A model generated the notes under the pieces. The model had not been told where the DNA came from, did not search any database, and saw only the letters and a list, made by a program, of their open reading frames with translations. Positions 44,339-54,643 of a stretch of DNA of 64,000 nucleotides are shown one piece after another. The translations under genes were made by a program, and so were the position numbers. The stretch's first letter is position 1. Every line of letters begins with the position of its first letter. Source of the stretch: Prasinococcaceae sp. CCMP 1430 (taxonomy: Eukaryota > Plantae > Prasinodermophyta); assembly GCA_013416795.1 (NCBI GenBank), contig RQSC01000026.1, forward strand, positions 321,586-385,585, read 5' to 3'.

Positions 44339-45707
44339 GGGCGGCAGCGCCCCAGCCGCCGCCTTGCGCTTCACCCGCGCCAGCCGCGCGAGCAGGCCGC
44401 TCAGCTGCAGCAGCGTGTCGCACCCCTCCGCGACGCGCACGTGGCACGCGCCCACCTCGCGGATGTATTCCAGCTTGTAGAACTCGGGCATGTCGAAGTT
44501 TTTGACTGCCGCGGCGCGCACGGCGCGGCGGCGTCAGCGTCCGGAGGGGGAGGGGGGGGGGGGTTGCGTGCCCACGCGCGCCAGCACGCGTGCCCCCCTA
44601 CGCGCGCCAGCACGCGCGCCCCCCTACGCGCGCCAGCACGCGCGCCCCAGCACACAAACAAGCGCGCAACCCGGCAGCAGCGCACGCACCCACGCGGAAG
44701 AGCGTGCCCACCAGGTCGAGCGCCGAGTACCCCTGCGCCCACAGCGAGTGCAGCGCGTGGAACGCCGTGTCGGCGTCGCCGTCCATGCACGCCTGCACGC
44801 ACTTGCGCACGGTGGTCGGGTGCGGCTGGTCGCACACCTTCGCAGCGGTGGTGTTCGCGTTCGCGTCAGCGCGGCGAGCACGCGCGCGCGCGCCAGGGCA
44901 CCGCCACACGCCGCGAACAGCGCCAAGCAGGAGCTCGCATGAAAGGGCCTAATCGCTCGCATGAAAGGGCCCAATCGCTCGCATGAAAGGCCCTACCTTG
45001 TACACGTTCGCCGCGTTGACGAAGCTGAAGCCCGAGTGCGTCGCCTGCACGTTGTTGAGCGCCTGGCGCATGTCGCCGTCCGCCGAGAAGATGATCGCCT
45101 CGAGGCCCTCGTCGACGTGCGGCACGTTCTCCTCCTGCACCACGAACTTGAGGCGCTCGAGCACCTCGGCGTCCGACAGCTTGGTGAAGCGGATGACGGC
45201 GCAGCGCGACTGGATGGGCTCGATGATCTTCGTGCTCAGGTTGCACGCCAGCGCGAAGCGCGTGGTCTGCGAGTAGATCTCCATGGTGCGCCGCAGCGCC
45301 TGCTGCGCGCCCGTCGTCATCGAGTCCGCCTCGTCGAGGATGACGATCTTGTGCCTGCCCGGCGGCAGCGTCACCTTCTTCTGCGCGAACATCTTGATCT
45401 TGTTGCGCACGACGTCGATGCCGCGGTCGTCGCTCGCGTTGAGCTCGAGCACGGCCTCCTTCGCCGCGCTCCCCAGCAGCGCGTTCGCCAGGCAGAGCAC
45501 CGACGTGGTCTTGCCGGTGCCCGGCGGGCCCGCGAAGATCATGTTGGGCATGTTGCCGTCGGCCGCTATTATCTCCAGCCGCGAGACGGCCTCGGCGTTG
45601 CCCACGATGTCGCGCACGAGCGACGGGCGGTACTTCTCCACCCACGGCATGTTGTCGCGCCCGCCCGCCGGCGCGGCCGCCTTCTGCGGCGCCGACGCCG
45701 ACGCCAT
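44333..45707 (-). CDS. RFC2: Replication factor C small subunit (human RFC2 / yeast Rfc4 type); exons 44997-45707, 44690-44837, 44333-44505
   Basis: [53 protein letters not shown]; both introns phase-correct. Confidence 0.96.
44571..44993. repeat. Intronic minisatellites in RFC2 (about 27-bp x3 at 44571-44652; about 22-bp x3 at 44934-44993)
   Basis: CACGCGCGCCAGCACGCG..CCCC and GCATGAAAGGGCC.AATCGCTC repeats. Confidence 0.85.
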
Positions 45708-46834
45708 CTCGCGCGCCGGGCCGCGCTCGCGCCCCGGCCGCGGAACGGCAGAGGGCGGACGCGCCCTGCAAAAACCGGCCCGACCCAACCACCCCTTCGG
45801 CCCGCCCCCACTCCACCCGCGCCTCCCTGCGCGCAGCCCACCGGGCGCGCGCCGCGCGCGGTGTGGCCCCCCTCTCCCCGCCGGGCGCCGACGCCGACGC
45901 CGACGGCGGCGGCAATCGATCGCTCGCCCGCGAAAGCGCCGCGAATGCGAATGCGAATGCGAATGCGCAGGGAAATACACGGAAAATGGGAAACGGGGAT
46001 TGGTTGGAAGCAGCGGGCGCCGCCTGAAAGGCACTTGTACGGTAAAACACGAAAGCTTTGATGGAGCACAGCCTTGATGTAGCCACCTCTTCCAAACCTC
46101 GGTTGGCGGCGCGGCGGTGCGCCGAAACGCGCGGAAGGCGCGCGCGAAATCCCGCGTCGTCGGGCGAACGGGGCGGGGGATCCGGCGTGGGTGCGACGGG
46201 GACGAAACGCGCGCGCGCTGCGGCGGCGGGCNNNNNNNNNNNNNNNNNNNNNNNNNNNNNNNNNNNNNNNNNNNNNNNNNNNNNNNNNNNNNNNNNNNNN
46301 NNNNNNNNNNNNNNNNNNNNNNNNNNNNNNNNNNNNNNNNNNNNNNNNNNNNNNNNNNNNNNNNNNNNNNNNNNNNNNNNNNNNNNNNNNNNNNNNNNNN
46401 NNNNNNNNNNNNNNNNNNNNNNNNNNNNNNNNNNNNNNNNNNNNNNNNNNNNNNNNNNNNNNNNNNNNNNNNNNNNNNNNNNNNNNNNNNNNNNNNNNNN
46501 NNNNNNNNNNNNNNNNNNNNNNNNNNNNNNNNNNNNNNNNNNNNNNNNNNNNNNNNNNNNNNNNNNNNNNNNNNNNNNNNNNNNNNNNNNNNNNNNNNNN
46601 NNNNNNNNNNNNNNNNNNNNNNNNNNNNNNNNNNNNNNNNNNNNNNNNNNNNNNNNNNNNNNNNNNNNNNNNNNNNNNNNNNNNNNNNNNNNNNNNNNNN
46701 NNNNNNNNNNNNNNNNNNNNNNNNNNNNNNNNNNNNNNNNNNNNNNNNNNNNNNNNNNNNNNNNNNNNNNNNNNNNNNNNNNNNNNNNNNNNNNNNNNNN
46801 NNNNNNNNNNNNNNNNNNNNNNNNNNNNNNNNNN

Positions 46835-48465
46835 CGCACGTGGCCGCCTGCCGCGGCGCGCTCGCCGGCGCCGACGCGGACGGCGACGGCAAGCTGTCGG
46901 CCCTCGAGCTGCACGCGGCGTTCGACGCCGACGGCGACGGCGTGGTCACCGCCGAGGAGCTCGCCGCGGCGGCGCCGCATCAGCTCATCGACGCCGTCGA
47001 CGCGGACGGCGACGGCGTGCTGTCGGCGGCCGAGCTGCACGCGGCGTTCGACGTCGACGGCGACGGCGTGGTCACCGCCGAGGAGCTCGCCGCGCCAAAC
47101 GCGGCGCTCGCGGACGCCGCGCTGGCGGAAAGGGACTGGCTCGGGCTCGGCCGGGCGCTGCGCGTCGGCCGTGAATTCCGCTCGATGCTCGCGCGGCGCC
47201 TGACGCTCAGCGGCGCCGCCGAGCCCGGCGAGCTGCCGCGCGACACGGTGCGCCAGTTCCTGCGGCGGTACCTCGCCGAGTGCTCGCTCAGCGACGGCGA
47301 CGGCGCCGCGCTCACGGACAACGCCTTCGTGGCGCTGCCGCCCCGCTCGGCGCGCGAGTTCGGCGTGCGGCCAAACGCGCCCGACAGGCCCGGCGACAGC
47401 GAGGAGCGCGTGTGGGTCGGGCGCATGTGGCAGCTGCGGGAGCACCTGGCCGCGCGCAAAAGGGCGGAGGCGGCGGGGAGCGCGGCGGCGGCCGCCACCG
47501 AGGCGCCATGTCAGCCACTCACCACGTCGACCTTCCAGACGTCCCCCTCGCCCCAGGTGAGCCTGGGCGCGCGCTCGACGTCCCAGTTGCCGAGCGCGTC
47601 GCACGACCCGACGACGGCGAAGCAGTCGCCGAACTTGATCGTGCGCTGCAGCGCGAGCTCGACGGTCGCGCCGCCCGCCGCGCGCGGCGCGACGCGTAAT
47701 GCGCTCGCGCGCAGCTTCTTCACCGGCGTGCCCGCCGCGCTGGGCTCCTACTGGGACGACCTGGGCGCGTACCCCGGCGGCGGCGCCGGGGGTGACGCGC
47801 CGCCCGAGCCCCTCGAGGACCTCGCGGCCTTCCGCGAGGGCGCGAGCGGCAGCCGCGCGCGCGTGGGGCTGGCCGAGCTGTCCTTCGTGCTGCGCCGCCT
47901 GCCGCGGTGGGCGCGGCGCTGCGGCGCGACGCTGCTCGGCGTGGGCGGCGAGGGCGGAATGCTCGCCGCGCAGCTGGACGACTCGCACATGGGCGAGACG
48001 CTGCTGGGCAAGGTCATCGTGGGCTGGCCGTGCGAGGCCGGCGCGTGGGCGGCGCCGGGGCGCGCGGGCATTAACGGCTCGCGCGAGCACCCGGTGATGG
48101 CCATCATCGGCGCCGAGGACGAGTTCTTCGGGCAGGAGGGGGCGGGCGGGACCCCCATGCACGCGGGCGCCGCGCTCGCCGCCCATTCGCCGCTCGCGGG
48201 GCTCTCCGTGGTGGTGGAGGGCGTCGGGCACGACGTCACGGCCGACGCCGCGTCGGACGAGCTGGTGCGCGAGCTGCTGCTGACATTTCTGCACAGGCCG
48301 CACCGCTGCGCCGCGCTCCCCGAGCTCTGGGCGCACGAGCCCAGGCTGCTCGCGTGCCTCGCGGGCGAGGAGTTGGCGCAGGGCGCCGACGTGCTCACCG
48401 TGCGCGCCAGGCCGAAGGAGGCGGCCAAGGTGGACGCCGCCGAGAAGGCCCGGCTGCTCCTGTGA
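46835..48465 (+). CDS. EF-hand (4 x DxDGDG) protein with C-terminal alpha/beta-hydrolase-like region; 5' end in gap (N 46232-46834)
   Basis: DADGDGKLSALEL, DADGDGVVTAEEL; GVGGEGGM, PVMAIIGAEDEFFG, VVEGVGHD. Confidence 0.65.
47511..47690 (-). other. CBM20 starch-binding domain fragment, antisense inside the EF-hand ORF
   Basis: TVELALQRTIKFGDCFAVVGSCDALGNWDVERAPRLTWGEGDVWKVDV followed by GTGAGT. Confidence 0.8.
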
Positions 48466-48788
48466 GGACGGGCCGCGCTGCGCTCGGCTACCCAGCGCGG
48501 GAGAGGGGGCTCGCGCGCCGCTCCCCCCTCCCACCACCACCACACCACCACACACACACACACCACACCACAAGCGTACGGACGGACACATCCATCACAC
48601 CCAATCCGATCGTTCACGAGACAATGCGTCGCCCCTGCGACGCGCGCAGTAAATTTGTACCAGACGACCAGCACACGGGCGCGCGCGCCGAGCGCTCGCT
48701 TCGCGGCGGCGGTGCACTGTCGGATGGTACATGCGGGCTCAGGCATTACGGCGAGGGGCGCGGGAGAGCAGCTCGCTCGCAAATGCTG

Positions 48789-50246
48789 CTATTTCTCGCC
48801 GCTCCCGCCGAGCAGCGGCACCTGCTCGTCAACCAGCGCGGCGCGGGAGTCGGGAGTGGGGAGCGCGGCGGCGGCGCCGTTCCCCTGCTTGCCCATCCGC
48901 CCCCCACGCCACGAGCGCTGGCGCGCGTCCAGCGGAGACGCGAGCTGCGAGCCCGATGGGACCACGGTGACGTCGAGCAGCCCCGGGTCGCGGTCGCCGC
49001 CGCCGGCGCTCGGGTCCTGCAGGGGCGTGCCCGACGGCGTGTTGCCCACGCTGCGCGACGGCCCCCACAGCCGCCCGCCGCTCTTGGACCTGAGAAGCGC
49101 GGCGCCGCGCCCGTGGATGGGCGTCTCGTGTTTGCGCGTCACGTCCACGTACTCGTCGGTCTCGTCGACGATCTCCTCCAGGAGCAGCTCCTCCAGGACG
49201 TCCTCCAAAGTGATGATGCCCAGGACAGCGCCATCCGATGGCGGTGCGCGCGGGGGTGGCGTCTGCGCCTCGGAACCCGCGCCCGCATTGCCCCCCGCCC
49301 TGCCAGCGATCTGTGTGTCGTCGAGGACCAACGCCATGTGCGCGCCGCCGGCCTGGAAGATATTGAGCGCGTCGTACAGAGGCGTCCTGGCACCCATTCG
49401 CGGCAGGGGGCGGACCGCTACAGGCGGAATGTCCCTGGCCGGTCGCTCATCGCCAGGCTCGCGCAGCAGCAGCATCTTGACGACCAGCATCGAGCGAAGG
49501 GCGGTGCTGTCGCCCGGCTCGTGCAGGGGCACGCGGCTGTGCCCGCGCGCGACGAGGACATCCACCGTGGCCCTGTCGAGGGGCCGGTCGATGGGCAGAG
49601 AGAAGACGTTCGCCAAAGGTGTCATCACGTCGACCACGGTGCGCTCCGACACGTGGAGCGCGCCGCGCATGGCGCGCGCCTCCTCGGCGTTGAGCGGCCC
49701 CATCGAGCCGTCCTGTTGGGTCTCGTGGATGTCCACCAGAGCGCGCAGCTCCCTCTTCTTGTACATGAGGGCCTCGTGTCCCCCGAGGCACACGTCGAGC
49801 AGCTTGGCGAGAGGCCACGCGATGAACGACGACAGGGCCAGCAGGGCGTAGACGAGGGGAGCAGCGTACGCGCCAACGCTCATTCCATAGCGAGAACAGA
49901 TCGCCTGCGGGATAATCTCGCCGAAGAGCAGGACCGCGGAGATGGACAGCACGACTGCGGCGACCTTTCCGACGAGCTGGTCGAGGACGAGCGGCAGGGC
50001 CTCCATGGCAGCGGCGTTCCAGAGCAGCAGCGTCACCAGGAGTAGGTGCGGTCGCTTCACGAGCGGCTCGATGCGCCGCGCGTGGCGCTGCTCGCGCCGC
50101 GTGCCGACGCGCAGCTTGAGCTGCAGGTCGAGCGGCGACACCGACATCAGGCCGAGCGTGAGCCCGGACATGAGGCCGGCGAACGCCACGATGCCCACGC
50201 AGGCCCCCACGAGCTCCCACTGCGTCGGCGACATATCGTCGGCCAT
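48789..50246 (-). CDS. DUF21/CBS (CNNM-type) metal transport protein
   Basis: FAGLMSGLTLGLMS, HLLLVTLLL, FGEIIPQAIC, GHSRVP, GIITLEDVLEELLLEEIVDETD. Confidence 0.95.
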   Translation of the reverse strand: MADDMSPTQWELVGACVGIVAFAGLMSGLTLGLMSVSPLDLQLKLRVGTRREQRHARRIEPLVKRPHLLLVTLLLWNAAAMEALPLVLDQLVGKVAAVVLSISAVLLFGEIIPQAICSRYGMSVGAYAAPLVYALLALSSFIAWPLAKLLDVCLGGHEALMYKKRELRALVDIHETQQDGSMGPLNAEEARAMRGALHVSERTVVDVMTPLANVFSLPIDRPLDRATVDVLVARGHSRVPLHEPGDSTALRSMLVVKMLLLREPGDERPARDIPPVAVRPLPRMGARTPLYDALNIFQAGGAHMALVLDDTQIAGRAGGNAGAGSEAQTPPPRAPPSDGAVLGIITLEDVLEELLLEEIVDETDEYVDVTRKHETPIHGRGAALLRSKSGGRLWGPSRSVGNTPSGTPLQDPSAGGGDRDPGLLDVTVVPSGSQLASPLDARQRSWRGGRMGKQGNGAAAALPTPDSRAALVDEQVPLLGGSGEK

Positions 50247-50734
50247 CGCGGGTGGGCGCCGCGCGGCCTCCCGGGCGAGCGCCCCTGGCGCTCGGGCGCT
50301 TCTTCCCCCCACCCCACCCCTTGCCACGCGCCGCGCGCGTTGTGGCACCGCTTCTCCCCCACATACCCCCCCACCCCGCCCACCCCACACGCCTCCGCCC
50401 AGCGGAGGCGGTGCGCGCGCTGCCTCACCTGCACCGGGTGCGCTCTCTTTTCGAGCGGAATTCGCACGCGCGCGCGCGCGCGCGGCCTTTTTCCGCGGCG
50501 CCCCTTCAATCAAATCCGGATCTGGATGCGCATTCTTCGCGATTCGAACACCCGACGACCGCCCCGTGCCCCGGCGGGCAATCGGGATCTGGGGGTGGGC
50601 TCGGCGGCGGCGCCGCGCCACAGCGCGGGCGGGGCGCGCGCTCGCGGGGCCCGCGACCGACCTCCTCTCCCTCGCCTCCCCGCAGGCGCGCGCGCGCGCG
50701 CGCTTCGGCGCGTCGGGCTGGCCGCGGGATCGCC

Positions 50735-52063
50735 ATGGCGCCGCGCTGGGAGGTCGTCGATGCGGCGTCGTTCGCGTCGGTGCGCGTGGCTCTCCCCGCG
50801 GGCGCGCACGTGCACTGCGAGAGCGACGCCGTGGTGACGATGTCGCATGGCGTGGACGTCAAGGCCAACGTGTCGGGTGGCGTGCTGCAGGGGCTCGCGC
50901 GCTCGTTCCTGACTTCGGAGAGCTTCTTCACCACGCAGGTGCGCACACAGCGCACCCCTGGGCGCCAGCGCAGCCGAGCTGGCGGGGAAGGCGCGGGCGG
51001 CCCAATGGGGGGCGCCGCGCGTTCGCCGACGCGCGCCTGACCCGTGCGCCGCCCCTTCCCAACACGCGCGCTCGCCCAACCCACCCAAACGACGGCATCG
51101 TGCGCCAAAGGTGACGGCGCCTGCCGGCAAGCCAGGCGACGTCCTCCTCGCGGCGTCCGACCCCGGCGGCATCGTGCTGCACCGCCTGCAGCGCGGCGAG
51201 GACCTGCTCCTGACGTCGGGCGCATACATGGCCGGCGACGCCTCCGTCGAAGTCACGTCCGAGGTGCAGAGCAACATCGGCAACTCGTTGCTCTCTGGCA
51301 CTGGCTTCTTCCTCATGCGCGCGCGTGGCGCCGGCGTCCTCGCGCTCGCGGCGCACGGTGCGCGCGCGCCAGCGCATGCGCGACCGCGATCGCGCTGTCG
51401 CTCGGCGGTCGCAGCTGTGCGACACCAGCGCGAGTCGCCGCGTCCAGTGTGCCCGGAGGATTTCTGACCCTTGGTCGCGTGCTCTCGCTTCGTGCACGCG
51501 CGCTCGCGGCAGGCTCCGTCCACAAGTACACGCTGGCCGCCGGCGAGCGGCGCTCGGTTGACAACGGCCACCTGCTCGCGTGGAGCGCGTCCATGCCTTA
51601 CGAGACGGGCATGGCGACGCGCAGCATGTACCACTCCGTCGCCACAGGCGAGGGACTGATGTGCCACTTCATGGGACCGGGCACGCTTTACCTGCAGTCG
51701 CACAAACCTGACGAGGGCGGCGGCGGGGATGGGGGCAGCAGCACCAACCGTAGGCGCCCCGCGCGCCCCGCGACCGGTGCAGAGCGCGCTTTCGGCCTGT
51801 GCTTCGTGTGCGTCTTCCTTTCCATATTCGTGAGCGTGTTCGGCTTTGCTGCCTACCAATTCATCATGGAAGGCGGCGAGTACACCGTCAATGGCCAGCC
51901 CCGGCACTTCGAAGGCTACGCTCCGAAGAAGAGTGGCGCGCGCGCGCGCGTGCGCGACAGCCTTGGCGATGGCTACAGCGGTGGCGGCAGCAAGGGCAAC
52001 CGGCGGCGGCAGCGCGAGTATCGGTACGACGAGCCCCCCGAGGCACAGCACTGGGAGTTCTGA
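50735..52063 (+). CDS. AIM24: AIM24-family protein with C-terminal TM extension; exons 50735-50938, 51111-51357, 51513-52063
   Basis: CESDAVVTMS, ESFF, SGTGFF, VDNGHLLAW, GEGLMCHFMGPGTLYLQS; both introns phase-correct. Confidence 0.88.
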
Positions 52064-52293
52064 GAGGGGGCGCCAGCGAGCGCTTGCGGTGGTCCGGCTG
52101 CATGCACACACTCCCACGTGAATGCCTTCGATTGTACTACCATGCTACTAGTACTATGCTATCATACTGTCCTTCGGCGCGCTATGACGCGCACGTGCGC
52201 GTGCCATGGCCGGACGACAGCTTGCGAGCGCGGCTCTGTGGCTCGCACGGCCGCTCGCCTTCTAGCTACAGCTCGGTCTAGCTCCGGCCGCTC

Positions 52294-52875
52294 CTACCCC
52301 GCGATCGATTCGTCTGTAGCGGCGTCGGCTGCAGGCTCGGCAGCCGACGGCAGCAGCTGCCTCTTGAGGATGGCGTCGCGCGCTGCTCCGTGCACGTCGT
52401 CATCCCAGGCCGCGAAAGGGAGACCGCCTGCCGCATGCAGCGCCCCCGATGCGAGGCTACCTCGCACACACGCCGCAGCGCGCACCTCGAAGGCCTCAGG
52501 GTCGTCGTGCGCGAGCGAATCGGCGTCGGCATTCCTAACGCTCCCCCTGGCGCCCTCAAGCGAGCACTCCACCACTGCTTTGACGCGCTTGAGCACGTCG
52601 AGCGCGCTGTGCCGCGAGCCGTCCCACTTGCACCCCGCCGGCAGCGGGTCCACGCGCCCGCTCGTTTCCTCGACCTCCGGGTGGAACAGGTCCGACACGA
52701 AGCACAGCTCGGGCGCGGAGGCCGGGTAGTCCACGAACGCCAGTGCGAAAGCGAATGCGCCGCCTGCGAGCGGCCCGGAGCGCACGAATGCCACGCCGTC
52801 CCACACGGGCCAGCCCCCAGCGCCGTCGCGACCGCCCGCCCCATCGCCGTCCGGCGCCGCCGCCCCCGCCGGCCT
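52294..52875 (-). CDS. AKTIP/FTS-like ubiquitin E2 variant; 5' end cut by single-N join at 52876
   Basis: WDGVAFVRSG..GGAFAF, DYP..P...F.SDLFHPEV; no HPN motif or catalytic Cys at the expected site. Confidence 0.75.
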   Translation of the reverse strand, partial: RPAGAAAPDGDGAGGRDGAGGWPVWDGVAFVRSGPLAGGAFAFALAFVDYPASAPELCFVSDLFHPEVEETSGRVDPLPAGCKWDGSRHSALDVLKRVKAVVECSLEGARGSVRNADADSLAHDDPEAFEVRAAACVRGSLASGALHAAGGLPFAAWDDDVHGAARDAILKRQLLPSAAEPAADAATDESIAG

Positions 52876-52999
52876 NCCGAGCGCGATCCGCGCGGCGGCG
52901 CGTCACTGCGCGCGCGCGTGCGCGTGGCACACGCCGCGCCCGCGCCGCTGCCGCCGGCTTCCCGGCCTCTGGCCACAGGCGCGGCGTCTTCTCTCCCCC

Positions 53000-53032
<33 letters not shown>

Positions 53033-53103
53033 ACCCCCCGCCCCAAACCCAACCCGCGAGAGCTCTCTCTTATCTTTGGCCACCGCAGCGCCCGGCCGCG
53101 ACG

Positions 53104-54543
53104 ATGCGGGGGTGCGCGGCGCGAGGCGCGCGCGTGAGCTTGAGGGCGCTGACCGCGGCGCGGCGCGCGCCGCCACGACGCCGGCGGGCGGCGGCGCGGC
53201 TCGACACGACGCTGTCGCCGATGGACTTCAAGCTGGAGGGGGTGGTGGGCTCGCTGTCGGTCGAGACTGCTACGGAGGTTGCCACGCTGCGCGAGGGCGA
53301 GGCGTCCTCGTCTCTGTCCGGGCTGTCGTTTGCACGCAAGACGGAGGTGCGGCGGGAGGACGGCGTCGTCAAGGTGTACGCGGCGACCTTCGAGGGGCCG
53401 CGCGAGGTGGCGCTGGGCAGGAGGTGCTTCGCAATGCTCAAGGAGTACTCGCCCGGCGCGCGCTCCATCGCCGAAGCAGAGGTAGAGGCATACGGGGCCA
53501 TGCTTGCTGATGACTGCGAACTGCCCACATTCGACGCGGCCTCGCCCCCTACACTGCGTGAGCCGCCCGTCGAGCCGCTGCTGGGGTACTTCGAGGCGGT
53601 GGGAGTTGACGCGGGCGAGGTGCCCGCAGAGTCCTCGCTCGCGACGAACAGCCTGTGGCTGGTCTATCGAGTCGGGCTTGGTGGCCTGCGCTGGACAGAT
53701 CCGCCGCCGACGCTCGCGTGGTGCGCGAGAGACCTCGGCCGTGCGCTGCGCGCGGAGGAGCGGCGGCCGGCGCGGTCCTGGCCGCTAGGGGGAGGCAAGG
53801 TCGACGACGCGGCGGGGCAGGCGGCCGCACGGCTCACCGAGCTCGTGCGCAGCTCGTGCGTCGCGCTGGACTTCGTGCACAGCAAGGGCGTAGTGCATCG
53901 ATCGCTGAGCGCCGAGTCGCTGCTTGTGGCCAGCGTCGACCAGGGTGGCGCGCCCCCGCAGCTGCGCGTGTGCGTCGCCAACTTCGGCTTCGCAGCAGTG
54001 CTGCCGGATCCTCGGACGGACGCGGAGTTCGAGGAAGTGCGAACGGTGCTCGGCGAAGATGTCCATGCGCTTGGCGTCGCGCTGGTCACCGCGGTCGTGC
54101 AGGCGCTCATGCTGCCGGCGCCTAGGACCGCCGGCAGCGCGCCGGTGGGCGAGGGTGAGGACGACCCCGACGAGGATGAGGAGTTTAACGGCGTGCCGGG
54201 GACCATCAAGCGGCTGCTTGGCGGTCTCCTCTCGAGCGACATCGGCGCGCTGCGCTCGCATGCCGAGGCGCAGCCGCGCTGGGAGCGCGCGTGCGCGTGG
54301 CTCGAGCAGGACGACGACGCCGGCTGGGAGCTCGTGGAGGCGCTCGCATGCGAGCGCGCGCCCATGCGTGAGGTGATGCAGAAGCGGCTCGTGCGCGCGC
54401 CAGAGCCAAACGAGGCGATGAAGGCCGCCGCGACAGTGAGCGACACCATGCAACAGGGCGTCGACGACGCGACGGGGCGGATGAGGCGCTCCTTCATCAA
54501 CCTCTTCGACGGTTTGGGGAGCAAGTATGACCGAGATGCGTAG
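53104..54543 (+). CDS. Protein-kinase-fold protein, probable pseudokinase, with transit-peptide-like N-terminus
   Basis: AMLKEY, LDFVHSKGVVHRSL, ANFGFA, EDVHALG. Confidence 0.75.
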   Translation: MRGCAARGARVSLRALTAARRAPPRRRRAAARLDTTLSPMDFKLEGVVGSLSVETATEVATLREGEASSSLSGLSFARKTEVRREDGVVKVYAATFEGPREVALGRRCFAMLKEYSPGARSIAEAEVEAYGAMLADDCELPTFDAASPPTLREPPVEPLLGYFEAVGVDAGEVPAESSLATNSLWLVYRVGLGGLRWTDPPPTLAWCARDLGRALRAEERRPARSWPLGGGKVDDAAGQAAARLTELVRSSCVALDFVHSKGVVHRSLSAESLLVASVDQGGAPPQLRVCVANFGFAAVLPDPRTDAEFEEVRTVLGEDVHALGVALVTAVVQALMLPAPRTAGSAPVGEGEDDPDEDEEFNGVPGTIKRLLGGLLSSDIGALRSHAEAQPRWERACAWLEQDDDAGWELVEALACERAPMREVMQKRLVRAPEPNEAMKAAATVSDTMQQGVDDATGRMRRSFINLFDGLGSKYDRDA

Positions 54544-54643
54544 GAGCCCAGCGCATGTGGGTGCTTGCCACGTGTAGAGTAGACGATGAGTTTTTTTATT
54601 AGTTGTCTTGTGTAGTTTGGGCGCGCGCGGGAGCGCGCGCCTA

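Noticed and set aside
47556-47714. Plus-strand intron removing the CBM20 insert
   Set aside because: The CAG|GTGAGC donor with the nearest CGCAG acceptor shifts the downstream frame
1009-51512. Introner-element family among the introns
   Set aside because: Introns share only splice signals and (CG)n runs, with no extended mutual similarity
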